A stretch of 38,028 nt of DNA from a virus (lineage: Duplodnaviria; Caudoviricetes): positions 1 to 38,028 of IMG/VR virus record IMGVR_UViG_3300034082_000527, one strand, 5' to 3'. This document shows, one piece after another, positions 26,499 to 35,730 of this stretch. Numbering within the stretch: the stretch's first letter is position 1; every line of letters begins with the position of its first letter. Made by a program: the position numbers and the translations under genes. Under the pieces are notes generated by a model. The model saw nothing but the letters and a program-made list of their open reading frames with translations. It did not search any database and was not told where the DNA came from.

Positions 26499-29400
26499 AT
26501 GGCTGATGAAAATATTGTAACTAATATAGTTGCTAATGCAGATTTCTCAGGCCTTATTGCAGATGTCAATAAGGTTACGGCCTCTTTATCAAAACTTCAA
26601 GCACAAATAATTCAATCGGATGCAAGACTTGCAAGTCAAGTTGCAACGATGAACAGATCCTTTGGTGAAAATCTAAGAAGAACTGGTCAATTCTCAACAC
26701 ACTTTGTTACACTAACATCGGATGTTGAGAAATTTGGTACCAACTTAGACAGAGGCCAAATGAAACTGAAGCAATACTTTCAGACCTTCAGACAACACAC
26801 AACAACACAAGGCGGATTAATTAGAGACCTTGCTAAACAGCAAATAGCTCTACAAAATGCAATCATACAGCCCATGGGTAAAAATGCCCAAGGGCTTATG
26901 CAATATAGCGTACATATTCCACAAGGTCTTGATGCAATAAAAAATAAGACTGCTTTAGCTAGACAAGAACTTCAGATAATGAATAAGGTTGTTCAAGATG
27001 GCGGAGTCCAACTTATCAACTGGGGTAAGAATACACAGTGGGCAGGACGTCAGTTAACAGTCGGACTAACTGTTCCGCTTGCAGCATTTGGCGTAGCAGC
27101 ATCAAAAGCATTTAGAGAAGCAGACGCAGAGCTTACAAGACTTACAAAGGTATATGGTGGTGTTGCAGCTACATCAGCAGCAGAGCTAGGAAAAATAAGA
27201 AATGAAGTTTCTGCAACTGCAAAAGAAATTTCAAAGGCATACGGAGTATCATTTAAAGATACTATCACTCTTGCGGCAGACATTGCAGCCACTGGTAAAC
27301 AAGGAAACGATCTTCTTGCTTCTGTTAAAGAAACAAGCAGACTTGCTGTGCTTGGAGAAGTAGATCGACAAGATGCGATGAAGGCAACCCTGGCAATTCA
27401 AACTACATTTAAGCAAAACACAGATCAACTTTCTGAATCAATTAACTTTCTTAACTCGGTTGAAAACCAAACCTCAACAAGTCTTGCTGATTTAATTGAA
27501 GCAATTCCAAAAGCGGGTCCTGTAATTCAAGGAATGGGCGGAAGCGTAAAAGATTTGGCTTTGTATTTAACAGCAATGAAAGAAGGCGGAATCAATGCTT
27601 CAGAAGGAGCAAACGCTCTTAAGTCAGCACTTGCTTCTTTAATTAACCCAACAAAAGTTGCATCAGAAAAATTTGCAGCCATGGGAATTGATCTGGGTGG
27701 AATTGTAACAAAGAATGCGGGTAACTTAACAGCAACAATATCAGAGTTGCAAATGGCATTAGACAAACTAGATCCACTGCAGAAACAACAAGCCATCGAG
27801 CAGCTATTTGGTAAATTCCAATTTGCTCGTATGAATGCTTTGTTCTCAAACCTAGGCAAGCAAGGAAGTCAGACTTTGCAGGTTATGGATCTAATGAAAG
27901 CAAGTTCAGAAGAGCTAGCAGGAGTAGCAGGACGAGAATTAAGTATGGTTACAGAATCAGCCTCTGGTCAATATAGAAGAGCGCTAGAAGGCCTTAAAGC
28001 AGATTTAGCCAGCCTAGGAGAAGAGTTCTTAAAGGTACAAACATTCTTTGTTAATGTTACAGGCGGAATTTTAAAATTTGTTGATAGCCTACCAGGTCCA
28101 GTTAAAACAATTCTAACATTTGTTACAGGATTAACAGCAGTAATAGGCCCAATCATTATGCTTACTGGTGTTCTCGCTAACTTCTTTGGATATATTATTA
28201 AAGGAGCCTCACACTTTAAATCATTGTTTAAAGGTGGAGAAGGCTGGAAGATGCTTACGCCAGAAATTCTGGCAGCACAAAAAGCGGGATCTCTTGTTGA
28301 AACAACATTCTATAATGATGCTAAAGCAGCTACAGTATTAAAAACAGCAATCTCAGGACTTGTAACAGAATTTGAATTACTGCAAGCAAAAGCAACAGCA
28401 GGCGCAGTATCAGTAGGACCAGCACTATCAACAATGGCAGGAAATGTTGTTGTGCCAGGCGGCGGTAGAGTTGTTAATCCTAATCATCCATTAATAAGTC
28501 CAGCAGATACTAGATCAATGTCTCACCTTAATCCAGTTGCTGGAATGAGCTTGGATCAAAAGTCTAGACAAACAATATTTGGAGTAGTGCCTGGAGCACC
28601 AAAAGTAAATCAAAAGATTGGAAATAATCCACAGATGTATATGGATGGAGATCTTCCAAAGATTCCAGGACTTACATCAATAGGCGGAGCCTCAACAGGT
28701 ATTGTGGCTGCAGAAGCAGCAAAGTGGCATGCAATGACAGGCGCTCTTGCAATGCAATCTCAAGCAGAAATTGCATTACTTAAAAAAGAAGTAGCAACAA
28801 CTGGACTTATAACAGCAGGACTATCTGACTCGTATCAAGCACTTCTTCCAACAATGACTAAGCTTACTAAAAATGCAGCTATGGAATCAGCAGCAATTGT
28901 TGCAGAACTACAAGCTGGCAAGATAACGGTAGATCAAGCAAGAGTTAAAATTATTCAATTAAACGCACAGGTAGAATCTATGATTGCTCAGGCCTCAGTA
29001 GATATTGCAGGACAACAGGGTAGGTCTATTGGTTTAACAACAGTTCCTTTATTAAATCAACCAGTAGTTAATAGTGCTGGAAAGTCTAATATGAAAGAGC
29101 TTGCTCGTCCAGGAAGAACAAGAGATCTTCTTAATAAAATTGCACAGGGACTTGGCGTAAAAACATTTGGCGCTGGATATAGCACAGAGACAACAATTCC
29201 AAAAAGATTTAATGCTGGTAATATTGTTCCAGGATCTGGTAATACTGATACAGTTCCAGCAATGCTTACTCCAGGAGAATTTGTTGTAAACAAAGAAGCA
29301 ACAGCAGCAAACCTTCCATTACTGCATGCAATTAATGGTGGTCAGCAATCTGATACGGGTCAGTATAATGTAGGCGGAATTGTTCAAGTTCTAAGAGCAC

Positions 29401-32400
29401 TATCTGCTAGAAGAAATGGTCTATCTGGGTTGAGAACTGGTATGAGGTCAGACGGAGCCCCTGGAAGATCTGCAAGAAATGTAAACAGTAGTGATTCTTT
29501 TAGCTTTGAGCAGTATTCAAGAAATAGATCTTCCGTAGGAGGCCTATCAGGTCTTGCAGGTTCAGGAGCAATAAGCGCAGAAGAAGCAGCAATATTAAAA
29601 ACAATGGTAGGCGCACATGGCTCAGGAAGAGATTTTCAAGCGGCAACTGGATTAAGAACTAGAGACGGTTCATATCCAACTACTAGCGTAGGAAATGTTC
29701 CAAATATATTTTCAAACATATCTGGATCCTACACACCAACTGGAAGAAGCAGGGCGGCATTTGCAAGACAGTCTGGCCTACGAGCACAACTTTTGCCTGG
29801 AAGTATGGTGCATGCTCCTGGACCGTTTAATACAGCAGTTGCTAAGGGTGCAGGAACAAGAGAGGGATTAGGAACAGTTAACGGATTTCAAATGACAAAC
29901 CTTCTTGATTTCTTAACATCTAGAGGTATAAGTGGTAAGAGTGCAAGACTTATAGCTGATTCTGCTGCAAAAAGATTAAACAAAATACTACCTAAAACAG
30001 GAATAACTGAAGATGCATGGGCTAAATCAATTCAGGCCGCAGAGCAAGGCGCATTAATGGAGCACCAGGCTCTAGTTGCTGGAATAAGATTAAATACTGG
30101 AGGAATGGTTCCAGGATATAATGCGGGTGGTCCAGTAGGAAATATACTAAAGAGCACAGCATTTAAAAACATAGGGGCCAAGTTTGGAAAAATAGGAGAC
30201 AAGTGGGGAGCCACTTCACTATCTATTGGGATGGGAAAGAAATTATTTGGAAGTGCTGGTCTAACTCCTAAAGCCCAAAACTTAATGTATGGAAAGCTAG
30301 TTGAAAATCTTGAAAGAGAAAGACCATACGGCTATGTAAAAGATGCTCAAGGAAGTCTTAAAAATGCTTTAGAGCCACATGTTGTAGACACACTTATTAA
30401 GTCCGCCGCAGGAGACGTGCTTAGCTCAGGCGGTAAAAGCTTAAGTAAAATTGATAGAGAAATATTGCGAACTAAATTTGCAAACTGGGATTCAAAATCA
30501 TGGACACCTTCAACTGGCAGAGTAAGAAAACAAATGTTTGGAATGAACAAAGGCGGAATGGTTCCAGGATATGCTAATGGCGGAATGGTTCAATACTTTA
30601 ATGAGGGCGGTGGCCCAGTAGGATTTAGAGAAGGATATCAATCTCAAGCATCAAAGGGATATATTGGCAAGGGAATGATGAGCAGAAAAGAAGGCGGCGG
30701 CATGGGCATGGGTGCTCAAATGGGTATCATGATGGGCGGAAGTATGGCTGGACAAGCTATGGGTGGGACCGCTGGCAACATGACAATGCTAGCAGCAAAC
30801 ATTCTTCCATGGCTACCATTCCAAAAAATATTACCTTTACTAAAGTCTGGAGAAAAAGGCGCAGGAGCATTTAAGAATGCTTTAACATTAGCAGGCAGAG
30901 CGGCGGGATTACTAACAAGATTACTTCCTGGGGCGGCAATAATTGGTGGTATCTATCTTGCAGTAAAAGCATATCAATCTTGGAAAAAATCAGTTGAAGA
31001 AACACGCAGAGAACATATTATGCTCAATGGTATTACTGAAAAGGGTGCCAAAGAAGCTGGAATAAGTTATAAGAATGTTGGAAACTCTATTAAAGATGTT
31101 AGAGAACAATTAAGACTGCAAAAAGAAGCTGGGCTATCTGCATATGATGCTATGACTCCTTCAGGAGTAGGTGGATTAACATTAACTATTGCTCAATTAA
31201 AAGAATTAAAGAAAACTGCAAAAGAGACAATGCCAGAATTGGTTGGAACATTTAATAGCATTGATTCTTCTAAAGTTAGTGATCTTGCAATTAACCTAAA
31301 GGCACAATTTGTAGCCGCAGGAATGAGTGCACAAGATGCAACAAATAAAATTTATGCAATTATAGAAGCTTCAAATAAACTTGGTCAAGGATTTGGCGCT
31401 ATTTCAACAACAGGATTTAAATCAATTACAGATAGAGGATCTGCCGCTACATTAATAATTAACACTCTTCTAAAAAGTCTTGCGGAAATTGATAAGGTTG
31501 ATTCAAAAGCATTTGCTTCTAATATAGACACAGTTATATCAAGTCTTGATTCCGCAACTACTGCGTTAGTAGGAACAAAGGATGCACAGGGTAAAACAAT
31601 AACTCAATCAGATGCTTTAATAACTCAATTTGAAAAGTTAAAATCTCTTGGAGCGGATAGAGAAAAGCTTGGGGCAAAAGGCTTAGAAAATTTAAAGAAA
31701 GAAAGACCAGAACTTGCGGCAATACTTAAGAGCTCAGATACCATTGCTGGAGTATATGCTAAATGGCGTGTTCTCTTGGCTGGAGTTAATATAGATTTAA
31801 GAAACATAACATCAGAACAAGCAATGGGAATTGCCGCATACGAAGAGGCTTTGAATTTAGCAGCAGGAACAGCTACATCAAATAAAAATCTTAAAGGCAC
31901 ACTTGGAGTAGCAAATGATGCAACTAAAAAATTAACAGAAAGCATTAAAGCAGGAGAAAAAGCAGTTAAGAATGCGTCAAAATCTGAAGCTGGATATAGC
32001 AAGGCTAGAATTAAAGAAATTCAAGATCAGATAAAAGCAATAAGAGAAAAGGCTGACGCAAAAAAGAAAGCACTATCAGATACAGTAGATGCAGAAAATA
32101 CAGAATTAGAATTAAAGAAGCTACAGCTAGAAGCGCAATCAGCTCTTGCTCGTGGAGACAGAGATGCATATGAAGCTGCAAATCTATCTATAGAACAACT
32201 AACTAAACAAACACAATTAAAGAAAGCTTCAGATAAAATTGATGCAAATGCCAAAAAAGAAATAGATGCTAAGCAAAAGCTTCTTGATGATGATCAAGCA
32301 AAAAAGGATAAACAGCAAGATACAATTAATAATTATACTAAGAATGGTCAAACAGCTGCAGAGACATTAAACCAAATTAATAGTGTTAAGTCTGCTCTGG

Positions 32401-33365
32401 CACAACTTGCAATTGATCAAATTGAAAATAATGCATTAAAAGACCCTGGTAAAAAAGCAGAAGGGCAAAATTCTTTAGACGGAAGATTACAAACAATAAT
32501 TGGTGGTTTAGAAAAATCTTCAGATGTTATTCAAAAAGCTTTCCCAGATTTTGTAGATTCAAAAACTAATAAAGGTAAATTTAGTACTGGTATGACAGAA
32601 GTCCCTGGAGTTGGGTCTTTTGCAACCGCACCAGGGCAAGCAAATCAAGCATTTGCTAAACTTGTTTCAGAGGTTCAGGGCGGAGCAAAGGCTAACTTTA
32701 TAGCAATGGCAGATAGCATTAAGGGCGGAGCAACACTTGCTATGGTTGTTAAGGCAATGGGAGGAACAATAGGAGGAACCACAAAAGTTACTCAGACAGA
32801 AGTCTCCGCTGCAATTAAAACAATACCTGCCAGGGCTGTTGGAAAAGGTGTAATAGACCTAGCTTCAAAATATGCTAAAGATCAGACACAAGATAATGGT
32901 TCTCTTGAAGATGATGTAAGAAAAGCTGTTGTTAAAAGTTTAGGGCTAAAAGAAGGTCAATCTTTTGAATTTGGTGGAATAACATATAATGTTAAAAAAG
33001 ATGGATCTGCTGTAAGAAGAGCACTTGGTGGATATGCAGCCTCTGGACAAAAGTATATTGTAAATGATAGAATTAACTCTCTAGGAGTACAGCAAGAAGG
33101 ATTTATGCCATTTACTCCAAAAGTTAGTGGTATAGTATATCCAAATGCTGATACTATGCCTAAGTATAATTTTGGTGCAAGCAATGATGTAAATGGAATG
33201 CGTGGCGCAATTAATAGCTCTTACAATAATAATAGCTATACAATTAGTATTGCTTTGAATGGAACTAATGTTACCGCAGATGATGTTATGAGAAGATTTA
33301 AAGCAGAGATGGCTATGGTTCATGCAAAAGAAGGCAGACCTATATCTGTAGGAGGAGGCATATAA
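26499..33365 (+). CDS. Tape measure protein (2288 aa)
   Basis: Longest ORF, following the chaperone. TP901-type core (GRQLTVGLTVPLAAFG...EQLFGK), hydrophobic segments, VPGSGNTDTVPAMLTPGEFVVN motif and C-terminal RALGG motif. Confidence 0.93.
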   Translation: MADENIVTNIVANADFSGLIADVNKVTASLSKLQAQIIQSDARLASQVATMNRSFGENLRRTGQFSTHFVTLTSDVEKFGTNLDRGQMKLKQYFQTFRQHTTTQGGLIRDLAKQQIALQNAIIQPMGKNAQGLMQYSVHIPQGLDAIKNKTALARQELQIMNKVVQDGGVQLINWGKNTQWAGRQLTVGLTVPLAAFGVAASKAFREADAELTRLTKVYGGVAATSAAELGKIRNEVSATAKEISKAYGVSFKDTITLAADIAATGKQGNDLLASVKETSRLAVLGEVDRQDAMKATLAIQTTFKQNTDQLSESINFLNSVENQTSTSLADLIEAIPKAGPVIQGMGGSVKDLALYLTAMKEGGINASEGANALKSALASLINPTKVASEKFAAMGIDLGGIVTKNAGNLTATISELQMALDKLDPLQKQQAIEQLFGKFQFARMNALFSNLGKQGSQTLQVMDLMKASSEELAGVAGRELSMVTESASGQYRRALEGLKADLASLGEEFLKVQTFFVNVTGGILKFVDSLPGPVKTILTFVTGLTAVIGPIIMLTGVLANFFGYIIKGASHFKSLFKGGEGWKMLTPEILAAQKAGSLVETTFYNDAKAATVLKTAISGLVTEFELLQAKATAGAVSVGPALSTMAGNVVVPGGGRVVNPNHPLISPADTRSMSHLNPVAGMSLDQKSRQTIFGVVPGAPKVNQKIGNNPQMYMDGDLPKIPGLTSIGGASTGIVAAEAAKWHAMTGALAMQSQAEIALLKKEVATTGLITAGLSDSYQALLPTMTKLTKNAAMESAAIVAELQAGKITVDQARVKIIQLNAQVESMIAQASVDIAGQQGRSIGLTTVPLLNQPVVNSAGKSNMKELARPGRTRDLLNKIAQGLGVKTFGAGYSTETTIPKRFNAGNIVPGSGNTDTVPAMLTPGEFVVNKEATAANLPLLHAINGGQQSDTGQYNVGGIVQVLRALSARRNGLSGLRTGMRSDGAPGRSARNVNSSDSFSFEQYSRNRSSVGGLSGLAGSGAISAEEAAILKTMVGAHGSGRDFQAATGLRTRDGSYPTTSVGNVPNIFSNISGSYTPTGRSRAAFARQSGLRAQLLPGSMVHAPGPFNTAVAKGAGTREGLGTVNGFQMTNLLDFLTSRGISGKSARLIADSAAKRLNKILPKTGITEDAWAKSIQAAEQGALMEHQALVAGIRLNTGGMVPGYNAGGPVGNILKSTAFKNIGAKFGKIGDKWGATSLSIGMGKKLFGSAGLTPKAQNLMYGKLVENLERERPYGYVKDAQGSLKNALEPHVVDTLIKSAAGDVLSSGGKSLSKIDREILRTKFANWDSKSWTPSTGRVRKQMFGMNKGGMVPGYANGGMVQYFNEGGGPVGFREGYQSQASKGYIGKGMMSRKEGGGMGMGAQMGIMMGGSMAGQAMGGTAGNMTMLAANILPWLPFQKILPLLKSGEKGAGAFKNALTLAGRAAGLLTRLLPGAAIIGGIYLAVKAYQSWKKSVEETRREHIMLNGITEKGAKEAGISYKNVGNSIKDVREQLRLQKEAGLSAYDAMTPSGVGGLTLTIAQLKELKKTAKETMPELVGTFNSIDSSKVSDLAINLKAQFVAAGMSAQDATNKIYAIIEASNKLGQGFGAISTTGFKSITDRGSAATLIINTLLKSLAEIDKVDSKAFASNIDTVISSLDSATTALVGTKDAQGKTITQSDALITQFEKLKSLGADREKLGAKGLENLKKERPELAAILKSSDTIAGVYAKWRVLLAGVNIDLRNITSEQAMGIAAYEEALNLAAGTATSNKNLKGTLGVANDATKKLTESIKAGEKAVKNASKSEAGYSKARIKEIQDQIKAIREKADAKKKALSDTVDAENTELELKKLQLEAQSALARGDRDAYEAANLSIEQLTKQTQLKKASDKIDANAKKEIDAKQKLLDDDQAKKDKQQDTINNYTKNGQTAAETLNQINSVKSALAQLAIDQIENNALKDPGKKAEGQNSLDGRLQTIIGGLEKSSDVIQKAFPDFVDSKTNKGKFSTGMTEVPGVGSFATAPGQANQAFAKLVSEVQGGAKANFIAMADSIKGGATLAMVVKAMGGTIGGTTKVTQTEVSAAIKTIPARAVGKGVIDLASKYAKDQTQDNGSLEDDVRKAVVKSLGLKEGQSFEFGGITYNVKKDGSAVRRALGGYAASGQKYIVNDRINSLGVQQEGFMPFTPKVSGIVYPNADTMPKYNFGASNDVNGMRGAINSSYNNNSYTISIALNGTNVTADDVMRRFKAEMAMVHAKEGRPISVGGGI
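30102..30591 (+). repeat. Direct repeats encoding the GGMVPGY motif within TMP
   Basis: GGAATGGTTCCAGGATAT is identical at 30102-30119 and 30555-30572. GGCGGAATGGTTC repeats at 30552-30564 and 30579-30591. Confidence 0.85.
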
Positions 33366-33835
33366 TGGCAATCACATTACCAAGAGGATCAATTTTTAGC
33401 ATAGAGGCTAAGGATCTACTTGCTAACCCCGCAGGAACAACAAAGGTCTGGAATAAGGTTACTGAGCATAATAGAAGTGAATTCAGTATAAATGTTGAAA
33501 GAATTGAAAAGGTAGTAAGAACCTCTAACGGATCATTAAGAAAGAATTTTATAGCAGATAAAAGAAAGTTTTCAACATCATGGGATATGCTTCCATCATA
33601 TAGAAGCTTAACCGTTGATGCGGCATGGGGAGCAGAAGACCTCAGATCTTTTTACTTAGGAGAAGAAGGACAAAGCAATTTTAAAATTAGACTTAATATA
33701 GCTAAGGCTGGTGTTTCTCAAGAATCATCAGGATACGAAGAGTATAATGTTATTATTACTGATTGTAGTTTTGCAATAGCCAAGCGTGGACTACAGCCAC
33801 ACTGGAATGTCTCTTTGAGTATGGATGAAGTATAA
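33365..33835 (+). CDS. Putative distal tail (Dit-like) protein
   Basis: 156 aa immediately after TMP, TAATG-coupled. RTSNGSLR...KRKFSTSW and WNVSLSMDEV patterns. Confidence 0.6.
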   Translation: MAITLPRGSIFSIEAKDLLANPAGTTKVWNKVTEHNRSEFSINVERIEKVVRTSNGSLRKNFIADKRKFSTSWDMLPSYRSLTVDAAWGAEDLRSFYLGEEGQSNFKIRLNIAKAGVSQESSGYEEYNVIITDCSFAIAKRGLQPHWNVSLSMDEV

Positions 33836-35730
33836 TGCCAGTTTCAGCAACCACATCAGCAAAAACAGCTCTTGAACAAAATACATCCATAAACTTAAAT
33901 GTTGGATGCACCTTTGAATACAACATGAATAGCATGGTGGACAATCTTGTTATTACTGGGGCAGATATAACAAAAGCCGATGGAAGCAAGCCATTCAAAA
34001 AACTGTTTCCAATTGATTCTATTATTAAGCCAGCAAGACCAATAGGTGCTGGTGTAAAATATGCAATCTCTGGAGATGTTTTGGCGGGAACATATAGAGA
34101 TCCAAGATCAAGCGTATACTCTATTAACTATAGAACTTATTACCCAGGAACAGATACCTATTATAAGTATTGGTTAGCTGCTAAAGGAGTGGGTGTAGAT
34201 TTACTAATTACATATCCAAAAACCATTTTAACTAATAAAATTATTGCAAGATTTGAAATATCCCACTCTACCCCAGGAACCTGGAACATATTACTAAATG
34301 GGTCATCTGTTGCTAGCGGAACAAGCTCACAAATAAAAGCATTTACTTCTGGTCAGTATGATGCTGGAACATTAACAATTTATTACAATGGAACATCTTG
34401 GGTTACCACCGAGCCAGCAACACTAGGTAGCCCAGTAAGCATAACATCATTAAAATTAACTACAGGTGCGGTAACAGATAAATATATTGGAGTAATTGAA
34501 TTATCCCCTAGACTAGTATTAGATGTAAGCAGCCATGTTACAGATATATCTGTATCAAAAGAATCTTCTACAAGCGCAGAAGATATTTTGCCTATCGGCA
34601 AAGTTTCTGCAAACTCTTTATCAATGAGTTTATCTTCTTACGAATCTACAAGAAAGATTATATCATTTGATAAAACTTTTACTTTCGACTCTTCAAAAAT
34701 ATACTTATACAAGAAGATAGAAATAAAGCCATACTTTAAACTGTATGGATCTTTTGGAACCTTAACAGATTCAGGCGGGACATATGAAAAGATTAATCAA
34801 GGAACTTTCTACTTAGACAACTGGTCATCATCAGAATATGGTGATATAGTAATTAATGCATTAGATGGAGCAAAGATCCTACAAGATGTAATAGCCCCAA
34901 GTATTATATGTGAAGGCTATTCAGTCATAGCCATAGTAAGAAGACTACTAGATTCAATTGGATTTACTAATTATAATTTTAATTCAACTGCTACAGATGC
35001 CTCCGTATTTTCCCCTAGATTTTGGTGGACGGACGATTCTAAAACAGCCTGGAATGCGATACAAGAATTATGTAGAGACTCTCAAATGACTGCGGTATTT
35101 GATGAAAACAATGTATTGCAATTCTATACAAGAGACTATATGTTCAACTCAGCTAAATCAACAGACTGGTCTTTTAGATATGCAGCAAGTGGATCAAACC
35201 TGCCAAACATTATTTCTTTATCTAAAAATGATTTAGCTTCAGCAAATCAGGTCAAGGTTTTATGGAATAGTGTAACTACATCAGAGTATACTGGAAACTC
35301 ACAGCCTTTGTGGAAATCAGGAAATACATCTATGGGAGCACTTTCCCTAGAACAAGATTTGCCTTCAAGCGTAGGTGCTGGTGGATACATTACGCTTTCT
35401 GCAATTACAATTAACTCTTATCAAGCAAAGAGAGTTCTTTATGAATATAGCGGATACCTAGTAATTGATTCAGAAATTATTGAATACGATGCAATACAAT
35501 ATGAATATACAAATGCAAATCTTACAAAAACTCAAGTTTGGGTAACAAGCGAATCAGATGTGTTAAAATATTTAGGATCTGGTATTGCAGGATCTGAAAA
35601 CTATCAGCCAAGCGGAAGATATAGAATTAAAGCAAGAGGTGCATTTAATACAACAGTAGCAAATCATTATGCTACCGCATCTACCATACTAGATTCATGG
35701 AGCGGATACAACGTTAGGTGGGTCGGGTAA
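33835..35730 (+). CDS. Minor tail / tail-tip hub protein
   Basis: Synteny after the Dit-like gene. GTFYLDNW...INALDG and AWNAIQELC...FDENNVLQF motifs seen in hub proteins. Confidence 0.6.
   Translation: MPVSATTSAKTALEQNTSINLNVGCTFEYNMNSMVDNLVITGADITKADGSKPFKKLFPIDSIIKPARPIGAGVKYAISGDVLAGTYRDPRSSVYSINYRTYYPGTDTYYKYWLAAKGVGVDLLITYPKTILTNKIIARFEISHSTPGTWNILLNGSSVASGTSSQIKAFTSGQYDAGTLTIYYNGTSWVTTEPATLGSPVSITSLKLTTGAVTDKYIGVIELSPRLVLDVSSHVTDISVSKESSTSAEDILPIGKVSANSLSMSLSSYESTRKIISFDKTFTFDSSKIYLYKKIEIKPYFKLYGSFGTLTDSGGTYEKINQGTFYLDNWSSSEYGDIVINALDGAKILQDVIAPSIICEGYSVIAIVRRLLDSIGFTNYNFNSTATDASVFSPRFWWTDDSKTAWNAIQELCRDSQMTAVFDENNVLQFYTRDYMFNSAKSTDWSFRYAASGSNLPNIISLSKNDLASANQVKVLWNSVTTSEYTGNSQPLWKSGNTSMGALSLEQDLPSSVGAGGYITLSAITINSYQAKRVLYEYSGYLVIDSEIIEYDAIQYEYTNANLTKTQVWVTSESDVLKYLGSGIAGSENYQPSGRYRIKARGAFNTTVANHYATASTILDSWSGYNVRWVG

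Noticed and set aside
27050-33371. Antisense ORFs within the TMP
   Set aside because: Short, overlapping a well-supported gene, and lacking recognisable motifs.
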